Source: Lobosporangium transversale (taxonomy: Eukaryota). Taken from it: DNA of 64,000 nt. Shown here one piece after another: positions 25,464 through 39,368 of the stretch. The stretch is from NCBI RefSeq assembly GCF_002105155.1, contig NW_019029013.1, positions 124,001-188,000 on the forward strand, read 5' to 3'. The notes under the pieces are model-generated. The model ran no database searches and was not told the origin of the DNA. It saw nothing but the letters and a program-made list of their open reading frames with translations. Within the stretch, counting starts at the first letter, position 1, and each line of letters opens with the position of its first letter. A program made the position numbers and the translations under genes.

Positions 25464-27812
25464 TCTTGGTGTGAAGCCTTACTGAAGAAGTTTATTTCTA
25501 AGGGGAAATAGAGGATAATTAGTGGACTTAGTATAAGCTACGGCAACTGCTTACATTGTTTTGAGCACGTTCTGGACTCTTCTTGTTCTCCTTGAGATCC
25601 ACAATAATTGCCCTTTTATTTTATTTTTTTTTCCTAGGATCAAATCAAAGGAAATTCATGCGTTGTATTTTGACGCCCCACATCTGGGATCATTTGTAAT
25701 TCTTTGGTCCCATTTAAGATTTTTTGGTGGCCCAAGCTTGCTGCATATGAACCTTACAAAAAGCTTAAAAAAAATGTTTGGATGTATGTATATGTGTATA
25801 ATATACATGTACATGTACATGTTTTTCTGATGCATAAAAATATGTGGTGTCTGTGGTTAAGACTGGTTCTTCAAATTTGTATGGGATTGCCACTTATTCA
25901 ACCTTTAATGCAAAATAAACTCTTTGGTTGCTTGGATAATGTTGTGTAAACTTGAACCTCTTCATTACTGTTTATCACCCTGAACCTTACACCAGCATTC
26001 AGTGACTTATAAAGCAAACCCTGCTCCTAAAAGGAAGGAACCAAGCAATTGTCCGGGGATTTTTTTAAGGGTATAAAGTCAGGGAAACAGCTTCCTTTTA
26101 TTTCTCTTATTCTCTCTTCATCCTCTCTCCTTTTTTTTGAACTTAGGAATAAGGGTTTAAAAATAGCCATTTCTCGTCCTATTGCCAAAACCCTAGACCT
26201 CAATCCGGCGTCTCACCATTGGTTGGGTTTCGTCTCCTTCCTCCCATTGTTGACGCGTAGTGACTAAAAACAGGGAAGGAGAGAGAGAGATAATAATCCC
26301 CGAGCAATGATGTAACCCCCAGCTTCTGTGTACAAGGTATGTATAATAGGCATCAATTGATCAATCTCTTGTTAATGCATCGGAGATGCTTCTATTATTT
26401 ATTGTTATGGCCAGGGACAGTCCCTTGAACTTAATTGCGCTTGTCTATTAGACAAGGCAAGACGCGTGGAAGGTCCAAGCACCACAGGTGACAGACGGCA
26501 GATGACCAAAAGATAACATCAGAGGTGTAAATAATTCAATATCCGTTCTTTGCCCACTAGAGATAGATCCTGATAACAAATCCAACAGAGGAAAAAAACG
26601 ACAAGATAAAACACGGATGAAATTACGAATTTAGCCAATATTGGGAAATTGGCATTAAGAACTAGGAGCAGGGTAAGGAGAGTCTCGCTTCCCTCTTTGT
26701 CTTCGTTTTCCTAACTGATGGCCTGACTCAAAGAAATGTCTACATTGATCGAGCTTCGTCTCCTCTCTTAGAGTTTAAAGATGCCCGAATATTAAGACGA
26801 GTTTGGATTCGCAAATAGGGAAGACGCATCTCCTTCGTTATGGGCTTGTCATTGCTAGCAGGATTAAAGTATTATCGAAAATTAGGAAACATAATGCCAA
26901 CAAGCCTCGGAGGGCTCCACCACGATTGTTTCCTGAACTGCCCAACTGAGTGCGTAATTTGATGACGCAATATTATAAAAACAAAATGGATATATGAAGG
27001 ACAGGGCTGTAACCTTCTGCAAGAAATGAAGGAGTGGGTTGCGAAGACGCGAAACGATGTGGTGATACGCAAGGATGGCCTGTAATCTGATACAAAAAAA
27101 GTTGGCTAGTGTGCCTGCAGGTTCTTCATTCCATTAGAGTCATTAAGACTATGCCTCGCCTGCATAGCAACGCAAGCTTGCCCCATACTCCCTTCGCAGC
27201 ACCACTAATACGTTTGCAATATAACAAGTTGGTATTAGTATTTAAATATTCTTTGTCGAGGGATAGGCTGATTGAACACACTGATGCGCAGACTAAGCTT
27301 TTGCTGCCGGGACAAAGGCTGTATACGTACCTTGCACAGTCGCATAAGCCGCTGAGATATATAGTGGAGAAGGATTGAGTGTGATAAGTTGAATGGCTGT
27401 TGGGTAGAAAGGAGGAAGGAATGGAGTATAGGCAAGCGTCAGAAAGACATCTAGGATCATGTGGTCAATTCAGATTTAAGCTGGCACTCAAAGGGAGTAC
27501 GCGTAAGGAGAGTTGGGACTGGACAGGTTGCATTGAAAACAAGTCTGCAGAAGCCCTTCGTACAAGTTTCGTTACCTTGTCTTCTACAGCGATACTATTG
27601 ATTCACTCTGCTAAGTCATGTACCGGTCCAGTGCTGTTGAGGGCTGTTTGTAGAGTTTGGCGTTGGATGAACAAATCCACTTGGTGGTGGGTTCACTCCT
27701 ATTCAATTTAGAGCACGTGGCTATTACGATTTTCCCGTGAAATATAATTCACTTCCTCTTGATCTACATCTTAATCTCTTCGCACTTCAATTTACTTGAC
27801 AGATAATGTGCC

Positions 27813-29112
27813 ATGGACCTGACGCGGTCCTTGTTCCAATCACCCGCAAGTGCCACTGCAACTGCAACCGCAGGGGATAACTCTGTGTTATATCATCCCT
27901 ATCATGATGACCGATTATGGCCCAGTACAACCACCAATCACTTCCTGTCCTTGCTCTTCTTTCAAGAATCCAATTCTGTTTCGACATCCGACCTCATCGA
28001 CCCCGAGCAACTCAAGCATGTCCAGTCCTTGAAACGGACATTTGAGACATGTTTAGCATCAATAGTTCGGGAACGAGACCGACAACATGGTCATCAGCTG
28101 GTCATTCTTTGTCCGGTCCAACAGTCGCTCATGGGCACTAATGCGCTTTTGAAATTGGAATGGGAATGGGGTGGCATGGATGAGGAATTCATCAGTACGT
28201 AACCAAAAAAATTACTTCGCCCTGTGATGATATTAAAAGTTTGTCTTACTTTATACTAACATTATAATTTCTTGCGCTTCACCTTGAATAAATATGTGAT
28301 ATAGTGAGCCATATTGTCCGTATCCCTGACAGAGATCATCCAGTGACTAAAAGCCTATCTGTTACAACTCTGAACGGACGCACCTTGATTGTCACAGATA
28401 CGACTGGTACAAAGCAAAAAGAAAAAAAGAAAAAAACGCTCTATCTCTGACATTGGTAACTTTATATGTCATTCGCACAATTGACCATCGACATATTCGC
28501 CTTATGAACATTGCATTTGTTTTTTCCTTAGTGACGACGGCCAAGGGATTTAAGCTCTTGAAGCAAGCGCGTCTTGTCTCGGAACAGATATTTTATGATG
28601 ATGAGGGAAGAGGCTGGCTTATTCAATTCATTGACCGCCCTCTCGTAGGAATCCCGCAAAATAACGATCAGATATTATTAGGTCATCCTACAACAAGTAC
28701 TGCAACCACTTTAATCCCAGAAGACAAAGGAAATGACATCACTTATCGCAATGAAAGCAACACTGACAGATTGACAGGATCATCGGGGTTATTTAGTCCT
28801 CCATTGCGCGCAGAGACCCATTCCCCAATAGCAGCTACTACCACCAGTCGCCGCAACCGGTATCGCTTGGGCCAGTACTCAATATATAATGCAACAGATC
28901 CTTACAGTTATGTCCACAGACGATCCAAAGGACGACCTTTCTTGACCCTTCATATTGTGCTGCAACGTTTCCCTGGCGTATCACAGAAACTGGAAAAATT
29001 GATTATGGATTTCAATGACGCGATGATGGCGAAAAACAACTTGGATGATATACGGACTGCTGTGGATCGTCTTTTAGCCAATAGTGTGGAGGTATATATA
29101 TTTTTTCAATGG

Positions 29113-29143
<31 letters not shown>

Positions 29144-32100
29144 ATTATCAGACAACCCATATCATTAATAGCGATTCCTCATTTCATATTTTCATATTTT
29201 AGCTCATGAATAAACTGGACTCGAAAATACTTATGAGACTGTTAGACGAATACAAAGTGACAGTAGATGTATTGGATCAGCTTTTAGAGAATCACATCAT
29301 GAATTCAACCTATGATATTGTATTCTTCAAAATCACCCTTCAATTTAAGCAACAAGACTGGGATTTATCAGAGGCTATAAGGGATCTCCGGGTAATGCTT
29401 GTGTTCTATGATGCTTTCTGACTATCCAACGGGATTAGTAGAGCTAGCAATGTAGAAAGTTAGCTGACATTTTATCTTGCTCAGAATTTAGATCTTGTTC
29501 AGATTGGACTATCGGATACTCCACAACACTATCAATGTCTTGTCTCTGCATTGAATGAATTCCAGTCCATTGGAATACTGCGGACACCCGAAGAGAAACT
29601 AAATTACTTGATAAGGTCTGTTCGAGTGGCTAGCACATTATCTGGAGGGGCAGATGACCTTATTCCCATCTTGCTTCTTACAGTTCTTCGCTCAGATATC
29701 AGCAATTTGGCATCAAATCTTTATTATATGAAGAACTTCGTCCTATTTGGAGACCCATCAAGCGGTGAATATGGATACTCTCTTTCTACGCTGGAAGCTG
29801 TCTCACGATACATTATTACCCATATCAAACAATTATTGCCATTCTCAGCCAAAAATCAGGAGTATTGGGACATGGTCCGTTCAGGTGATATGAAAGGAAT
29901 CAAAAATATTTTTTCTGAAGCTTCAGAATGTAATCAAACTAAGCAAAAACAACAACCATTATCGGCGTCACCTTTACTTCGAAGAACGTCAGTGGCAAGT
30001 TTTGGAACTGATAGTGATCATTCTATGCCTGAGTCAGTTATCCAGGAGCCACCATCTATCTCCGCTATAAAGAGTCGAGATTTTGTTGGTAATAATGGTG
30101 TATTGATAGCCTGTCAAGCACAGCAGATGGAAGTACTACGATACCTTGTGGAGGAGCAAGGTCAGTCGGTGGACGTGTGGAATTATGAAGGCAAAACTCC
30201 ACTCATGCTCTGTGCCAACTTGAAGAATAAGGATATGATTCAATTTATTCTTCATCAGGCTCAGGGTATTAAGGAAGCAGATCTAAAGGCTATTATTAAT
30301 AGACAGGATGTACTTGGAAATACTGCGGTCCATGTGTGTGTGGCGGCCAAAAAGGATAATAGAGAAAATCTGGTAGTTCTAGAAGAACTCTTGAAATCTG
30401 AACCTGACCTTGGTCTTCCCAATAACGAGGGCGATACTCCACTCATCATCTCTGCAAAAAAGCAGCAGGACGACTATAGTAAAGACCGTGATCGTGATCA
30501 TGGCGGAAACCAAATCATATCGGCTCTTACCAAAAAGATGGCACCCAGAGATTTGGACCGACAGAATAATAGTGGTGATACAGCGCTTCATTTCATAAAT
30601 GATCCGAAGCTGATCCAGGATTTGATCTCATGTGGAGCAAATCCAGATATTGAAAACTATGCAGGATGGACGCCTCTCCTGAAATGGACTCTTCATGATA
30701 ACACCGCTGCCGTTGAAAGCTTATTGGCGACTGGTGATTGTGTGGACCCATTGATAACAGACTCAAGAGGTTATACGCCACTACATATGGCGTGTCTTCG
30801 AGGTAATTTAGAGATGGTCAAACTACTAGAAGAACGGACGTCAATGGTCGATATTCAGTCTGCAGTGGATGGCAGTACCCCTCTTCAATTAGCATGTCAA
30901 TCAAATTCAGCTGTCGTGGTCGAATTTTTATTGCAGAGGGGCGCTAATCCGGAATTGAGAGACTGGGCAAACGAGTCGCCGGCAGATATGACGAATGACC
31001 CTATAATTCTTGATATGCTCGACAATGCAATGCTTTTCTGGGATAGTGATGATCATTGTTATGTTCATAACAGGAGTTCAGAAAAGTCTTCTCTATCATT
31101 GTCGTTGTCCAAGGTCCAAGGAAAGAAGCCAACTCCATCAAGCAATTTACCTAAGAAAGCTATCCGAGTTGTCAGAGGAACTATGGAGCGGGATGGTAAA
31201 GTCCGATATATCGTCAAGAGTGGAGCGGTAAAGTTTTATGGCCTTTCTATGTCTTCATGATACTAAGGCAGCTGTTTTGGTTATCGCAAGGATATACTGC
31301 GAACTAATATGCTAAAAATTATTGACTACATTTGCCAAAAATCAATACATAACTATACATGTCCACTCTTATAGTCCTCAGGCCCGTCAACCATTGTAAC
31401 AATGTTGCGATCATTAGAGGATTTTCAGTTCTTGCGGCAAAACCTATTAATTGAAGGGCCTGATGCTTGTATACCCTCGCTCAAAGATTTTTATTCGCCC
31501 TTTTTGCTCTCTCCAAGCCGACCTTCTAAAACTGTTCTTGCGATATCTGCCAGAAGGTTGGACATGTTCTTGAACTATCTGTCAAGCCATCCAGTCCTAG
31601 CTAACCACGAACTAGTTTGGGAGTTCATATTAATACCGGAGTTGCAGGTAAGTGATAGAGAGACAGTATACTCCCCGCAAGCGCCTGACTAAGTATTTGA
31701 CGTCGACATTTTTTTTTTTTTTAAAAAAAAATAATAAAAGCGTGATTTAATATTAGAGCGATCAATGATTAAGCAGGAGAATGCAATCGACAGTATCTTT
31801 GACAATTTCCCATCCACTATCGAGAACCTGGAGCATGAAGAGATGTATTTCCATCATTTGAACGAAGAGGTCTTGAGACTGGAGGCAGCAGTACAGCAAG
31901 TTAGAAAGTGTGCTAGGAAATTGAGTCGAAGCACACAAGGTCAGCGCATTGATCCGAAGACTATGGTATATTTTATATGATATCAGCGATCCCGCTACTG
32001 GATAAAGGGCTTACCATATGCTGTTGTTGCCATCTCTCTCTCTTTTTTTTTTTTTTTTTTTTTTTTTGGTTACATACAGATGTACCTCAGCAGCTCGATA

Positions 32101-33615
32101 TTTTGGCAGGAGCCTTGGATCGGTCATACTTGATTGACTTTGATAATAAGAGCGAATATGTTAATGCAACAAAAGCGATTGCCTCAACGCAAACTACTAT
32201 GCGTGCTTCTGACATTGAGTCATTTGGAAACTTGTTTGAAGGTAGACCAGAGAACCTTTAGTGTTATTATTCTTGTAGTTATCTTTACTTACCCATATAT
32301 TTATTTAATACGCTGATAATTTATTTAACGATTTTTCGTTTTAGACTTTTCATTTGTGATTGATGGGACATTGAAGGCGCTGAAACACCCACAGGAAATC
32401 ATCGCGTCTATACGGCAACTGAGAGTGGTAGCGCAGAAAACAGAACAATCAATGCGTCGGAATGATATGTGGCGGTCGGGATTATTTACTATTGGAGGAG
32501 GGGCCAAGTATGCAGTCAATGGTGCAGGTGCAGCGCTTGGTGCAGTTGGACATGTGGCCACTTCAGCCTTCGGAGCTGTCTCTGAGTCTTTCGCCTCAGG
32601 ATCCGGAAGAAGGCAGCACATAAGGGCTGCATCCGAAAGCGCCGTGGGCAGGTCATCTAAGATTAGATCTGCCCCTTCGTCACCATCTTCTTCAACACCG
32701 CAAGTTATATCACCTTCGACACCACCATTGTTACCATATAACAAACGCTCATCTTTAGTTATGAAACTGACGCCTAGCATGTCTCAAACCAGCTTGACTA
32801 GCGCCGCTAGTAGTAACAGCATCATCTCCAGTCCATTTCGATCACGTAGAGGCGGCCAGAGTCCAGTCACGAAAAACATGATGACTAGTACATCTCTCCA
32901 CACGCCGCCATTCTCGTCCATTACTACAGTAACCTCTTCAAAGTCAACAGCCCAGGCTTCGTCCTTGGAAGAGATCGAAGGCAAAATTGGAGAAGCGTCC
33001 AGCCTATTGAACAGTTTGCGGGGATCGCTCTTTGAAGAGCTAGCGCATTTACAGAACCACCATACCAAGGAGCTGGAAAAAGCTATGAGAGACTTTGGGG
33101 CACGCCAACTTCAGATTGAGAGGAGCCGTTTACACGATATGATCGGGATATTAAATGACCTTCGGATTGAGTCCAATACCACTGCTTTCTCTACTAGGAT
33201 AGCAGCTGTTGCTGTGACAGACGGCATCCAAGTTACAGGCTCGAACTCGAGTGTTGCGGGTGGGTCACGATCGCTCATGGAACCGAATTTGGATTTGACA
33301 TTAGGAAGAATTAGTCGGAATATCAGTCGTCAGTCTTCGATCCATGCAAAGACACCAAGAGTCGGCTCTGGAGCCTCATTGATAGGTGATGGGGTAGGGT
33401 CCCTGTTTGAGTTTGGGGACGATGAGAAAGTGGAGGTACGGAAGTATCAGCGCCAGCAGCATGAACATCAGCGTAAGAATAGTGCCAATCGCGAATCGGG
33501 CCACGGCCGTAACATGGTGTCCGAAGATGGCCAAAACAACGGAAGCACTAGTAGGAAGGATATAAACTCTGATCAAGAGGACGTGCTGAGCGAGAAAATA
33601 CCATTTGACGACTAA
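27813..33615 (+). CDS. VPS9-ankyrin-PX(-BAR-like) endosomal Rab GEF/sorting nexin, Vrl1/VARP-like, multi-exon
   Basis: VPS9 motif GADDLIPILLLTVLRS...GEYGYSLSTLEA; ankyrin repeats (GKTPLM, GNTAVH, GDTALH, GYTPLH, GSTPLQ); PX-like RSLEDFQFLRQNL...HPVLANHELVWEF; helical C-terminal region. ORF pieces are linked by GT-AG introns; not every exon boundary was resolved. Confidence 0.88.
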
Positions 33616-35834
33616 ACATTGTATTAGCAATATCAGCAGAAAAAAAATAAAAAGTCAGCTCTGTATACTTATTCTACTCTATTTTCATCAATCACATCGC
33701 GCCTTGGAATATCTCATAGTAATAAAGCTTGCTTTTGGCTTACCAAACCGGAAGGCACTGGCTAATTTGCTCTTTACCCTTCCCTTCCATGCATTAACGG
33801 CTTCAAGCATACCACTGCTATGAAGGAGGTGAGGCTTTTACAACATTACGGGAACCTGTTAATGGAATAAAGACTTGAATATCGGATAAAACCAGTTTCA
33901 GTGACACAGCAACTGTTACTCTTGGTGGGCGACTTTTTTCTTCTCTGATCATTGTAATGATATAAGCCGTTGAAAGGGTCTATGTGGGCTCTTCAGGTCT
34001 GTGGATAAAGCCGCGCCCATCTACATGCTAATTATAATATCAGAGATAGAAAAGATGCAGTGGAGGTATGTAAAAGAGTCCTCCTCTCATAAACATGTTG
34101 ATTATTGAAGGAAAATGTTTGGCAATCTTCATTGCCTCAACGAGAGAAAAAATAAAATAAAATGAAATGAGAATGTCTGCCCTAACTAGACAACTGCATA
34201 CGGATGTTAGTCTAACAGTGGCTCTGTCCTGTTTACAGGGATGAAAAACAAGAAAAAAAGTCAATCGTTCCATCCGCACATTTTGGAGAATGGTATACAA
34301 TATAAATTGATTTTTTTTTTTCTTGAAAGATGTCTACATTTCGACTACTCCGTGATCGCTCATAGGGGTTTTTTTACTCGTCTATAAACCAAGAGTAAAA
34401 GTGAATAGACGTAATGCCACTGACAAGCTAATGATTGCTGAACTTTTAACGCTTCCCTGTAGTATTTTGTAACATCTCTAAACACGAGCTGGCGAGATCA
34501 AGGCTTGAGCTCTGTTTTATTGAAGTTCAAGGTGGTTTTTTTGTCGTTACTGCGAGATAGAAAAAAGACGTCATGTCACATTTATACTTTCTCTTCTCTT
34601 TCTTCTTCCTCCACAGTTATTTCCTTAGTATTTGCATTGTCCGTTTTACAAATCAATACACTCATGATGTTATATGATAGCTCTATTAGTCATATGTATG
34701 CTGCTGTCATTCTTTATTCATATGGCTTCAGCACGGTCTCAAATGCTGTACTGAAATGGCAACAACACTCACGGGTTTTTCATGATACATCATCACCAAC
34801 GCTTCATATTCACTTCTATTCAAGAAAAGAAACTTTTGATAATGCTCCTAGCGCTAAAACGAGTAACTCTCCTCAGTTTCAAAAGTGTCTGCGCTTTTGT
34901 TATAGAGTGAAAGCAAAGTGCCATGCTGGAGCTCTAATTTGATGCTTTTGCTTTTTCTCTAACTCTTGAACCATAAAGCGGGCAAAGTTGCCCGTTTAGA
35001 GAGTTCAGCTTTCACCAACTTATAGGCAGGCTAGATTCAGTTCTCTGTGCTTCCTACCAGCATAAGAAGTCGCACATACAACTATAGCGTATGGTGGCGC
35101 CGCCAGAGCCGTAATCTACTTGATAATTGGCATTATAACACGGACTGAAGTAATGAGATGCAATCAATGCATTGACGCATGTGAATGCATGTCAAGGAGG
35201 TTAAAAAATTGTAAAAACCAAATATCACACCTTCTACCCTGTCTCTTTTATTTTCTATCTCCTTCCTATCCTCTTCTTTCCTCGAGATTTGTTGCCAAGC
35301 CTCCATACTGGCCCAAAGATGGTGGTCATTCCGGGACGCCCTCTCTTTTTTTTTTTTTTTTTTTTTTTCGATCGATTGATTGCAGGCTTTGGTTCTTGTC
35401 TCTAACAGCAATAGTACCAAGTCAAGTCGCTGGGAATGAAGCTGCTGGCATTTATGGATATTTCACTATTGTGTTTTGCGTCTAACCAATCTGTCAATAA
35501 AAAAAAGAAAAGAATAAACTCACCGATACTTATCTTCGCGTTTTAATAAATTAAATTGACCTTGCCTGTTTCCGCCTTCTGACAAGTCTTTATAACATTT
35601 TGTATTTATTTACGACCTGTATCTCGCAAGAAACATTCTTACGTCTATGCTTTCTACTTTTTGTTAGTCTGCATTCCTCTACTTCTCCGCATAACGGCGG
35701 TAGTAAATAACAAAAGTACTATATAGTGCACTTCTTGAAAGTTCTTTTATTGTTATTATTTTTAATTTTTACAAATAATAAGGAACTATCCATAATCACC
35801 GTCTTCATTTTTTTTTTTTTTTTTGTTTAAGCAT

Positions 35835-38768
35835 TTAAAGTTTAGCAGACACCATCTGTCGCAGCTCCTCATACATGGCCTGGATATGCTCTTTGAAGTA
35901 TTCTCGGACTTGCGGTCGGCGGATCTTGAGCGTTGGTGTGACCATTCCATTCTCGACTGAGAACATATCCGTTGTCAAATGAACCTTCTTGGCCAACTCA
36001 TATCCATTCAGACCTCCAACTCGACCTGCCTTTTCTAACTCCTGTATAAACGCCGCTTTGACTCTGGGATCACTCAAGAGTCGAGCATACCCCTCCATAT
36101 CACCAGGCTTTACCTCTTGAGCATCATTTCCTTCACTTGTCACCACAGCATTAGCGAACGGCAGGAATGTCTCCGGATCGGGAATGGCTACAGCCACGAG
36201 CATACTCTCAAGTGAGTCCCCGTGCACATAGATTTGCATCACCAAATTGCAGCGAGCCGTTAAGATATTCTCGATTTTTTCTGGAGCAACATACTCGCCC
36301 TGGGCTAACTAAAGAGGGGAAAAAAAATTAAACCAAATCAATAAATCCAACATATTGACAATCATTGGAGGAGTCCACATTATTTTTATTCACTTACCTT
36401 GAATATGTTTTTCTTGCGATCAACAATCGTAAGGCATCCACGATCATCCATAACCCCAATATCCCCGGTGGCTAGCCATCCCTCTGGATCAACAGCTTCT
36501 CGTGTGCTCGCTTCGTCCTTAAAATAGCCTTTGAAGATTGGAGCTCCTCGTAGCTGGATCTCCCCTCGAGGGAAAGGTTGATCTGTGGTGAGATAGTTCA
36601 GTTCTGGAACATCCACAAGTTTGAGTTCTATTCCAGGACGAGGGCAGCCTACATGGCCAGAAACGTGTTCACTGAGGAAAAAGGGGAAAAGAAGAGATCA
36701 GTGATGAGACATTTGGTCGGTATGTATAATAGGAAAATAAAACAAAAATAGTAATTATCATGATGATAATATTAAACAAACATGAAGACGATACAACTAT
36801 TTCCACGTACTCGGGGAGTGTAACTGTAGCAATACTTGTTGTTTCAGTTGAGCCATATCCCTCAGCTACGACACAGCTGAAAACAACTCTCAAAAAGTCG
36901 AGGACCTCCTTGGCGACAGGGGCACTTCCGGTTCCCAGGACTTGAACTCTTCCTCCGAGGGCCATCTTGACCTTGTTGAACAAGAGTCGGTCCCAGAGCG
37001 GATGATGAACACCTTTCCCTGCGTGAAGGTTAGCAAGCTTCACAGCTACCGCATGGCGTGATAATTTACCAACAGCCCCTGGTGCATCTACTGTAGCCGC
37101 TACAACCCGAGCATAGATTCGATTCAATAACCGAGGGACTGTTGTGAAAAACGTTGGCTTGAGCTCATTGACATCATCCATTAGCGCCAGCATATCTCCA
37201 TGAAAGAATCCGGTTTTGCAGCCCACGGATGTACTAACCAGAATCCCTACACGGCCCATGATATGAGCTAGCGGTAAATAGCTATTTATAAAGTTGTTTT
37301 TTTTTTTTTTTTTTTTTTTTTTCGTTCAGTAAGAATGGGAAAATTAAATCTTCATTGTAAGAAACATCAAACAGCATTACCTGAGGACTACGTCGTCGGG
37401 GGCAATGTGTGTTCCCTCATAGCAAGTGCCGACTGCGGCAATGAAATTCTTATGCGTCAGCATGGCACCTTTCTATCATTAGTTAAAAAGAAAGGCCCTC
37501 ATAGTATAAGCATTACATGCATTTTGTATGATCATTTGACGCTTCTTAAGACATTTTGATGCTTTTACGGACCGGTTGGCCCGTAGTCCCGCTTGTGTAA
37601 CATAATGTAGCCACTTCGTCCTTCTTTGGCGGGGTATGTGGGCGCGGAAACTCCTTTCCAAGGGCTTCGATTTCCTCAAAGTCATAGACTTTAATGCCAT
37701 TCTCATTACTCAAGGAACGGATGACATTCAAATCAACGACAGCATTAGGAGCAGAACGGGAGGTATCGTAAAGCGAATCCATGCTGATGATGGCCTGCAA
37801 GCTTGACAGCTTGTGTGCGATCTTAAGTAGGGCGACAATGTGGTTGGCTGGATTTACAGAGAAGGAAATATATAGAACATTTGTGTGAATATTATATTTT
37901 TGCCAGGGAGCAAGGGGCTAGATCGCATCTTGAGTCTTATTCTCCAAGACAGTGTTTTAACAAGTGACACGAGATGGTTACTTACCGCTACAAACGACAA
38001 CTCTGATCTCAGCGTGGTTACTAACATACTCGATTGAATCCGGGCCAAGAGTATCATAGAGTGCGACATTAACCAAATTGTAGAAGTAGCAGCTCATTTC
38101 CGTGATGTACCACTCTGGTCGTCCTAATGACCAGATACCGAGTGCCCAACGGTTCAGCTGTGAGTTTCCGAGGAAAGATTCGTTCAGATGCATGATCCCA
38201 CTGCCAAAAGCATTAATGCGTTGGTCAATCTGCTGAAAGGTCTCCCATGTAAAGCTGTCGTAGGTGCGTGTTGTAGGATTGTATGGACGATGGCCAATGA
38301 ACTCTTTGTCTGGGAATTGAGCAAGTCCTATTAAAATAAATAAATAGATAAATAGATAAGTACAGCGACTAAACTTTATCCTTTTTAATGTCTCATTTCG
38401 CTCTTCCGCATAAATCTCAACCTTTTTTTCCCACTCCACATTTTTTTTTCCCCAGTAATTTAGTATCTTAACATACCATGCTGAAAGAGCTCATAGAGGG
38501 TCTCAACATGAGGTGCGCTGCGGATATGGCTAACGAGTTCATCAGCGAAAGCAGCGTGCCTGTAATGCCCTATACATAGCATCAAATGGAAATGCAATAA
38601 CCATTTTATACTGTCATAAGTTTCTTTGAGCCGTAAGTGTTTCTATACGCGATACTAAGGCTGATTTGTGTGTGTATATTTGTTATTGTTACCAGTAGCG
38701 CCCGGGGTTTTCGTTCCTGGGAGCTCGATGCTTTGTTTCTCAAGGTCGTATTTTGGGAAGACAGGCAT
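35835..38768 (-). CDS. Long-chain-fatty-acid--CoA ligase (ACSL/Faa-type), probably peroxisomal
   Basis: Start MPVFPKYDLEKQSIELPGTKTPGATG at 38768; AMP-binding motif YTSGTTGQP|KGAMLTH; YLPLAH; EGYGSTE; GWLATGDIG; DRKKNIFK|LAQGEYVAPEKIE; C-terminal -SAKL*. Confidence 0.93.
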
Positions 38769-39368
38769 AGTGGGAGGGGAGGGGAGGGCGAGCTTGATTG
38801 TAGTTGGTGGGGTGTTTTGAGAAGAAGTAAAATGGAGAGGATAATAGAAAAGAAAAGAAAGAAAGAAAAGAAAGAAAAGAAAGAGAGTTGAATGAGTAAA
38901 CTTGTCCTAACGCATATTTTAAAGGCGCTTACAATTTTATCCGGTTCGATCATACCCTGTCCAGAAGGAATCAAAATCATTGGCATGCGAACAGTGCGCA
39001 GGATTTGTTTGGTTAATCGCGATCCTTTGGTCATGTGATTATACCCGCTTATCATATTGGGGATTAGAATGCGTCAGGTTATTTGAACTGACGGATGCCT
39101 AACATTTTGTCTGTCTCTCCCTATCCAGGAACGGAACGGCAAATAAAAAATACTCCTTTACAGTTATTAAGGGTGCTTCACATGCCACACATTCAACACA
39201 CACGACCGTTGTGGGGATTTTTTTTCTTTTCTTGTCTTTTTTAGACTTTTTGCTTTGCTTCGCCCTTGTCATCTCTTTCATTCCTTGCCAAGCAAACCAA
39301 ACCTTCCTCTCTTAATACTTCCCTTAGTACTAGCAAATAAAAAGAAGAAAAGAAATAAATAGTTCATC

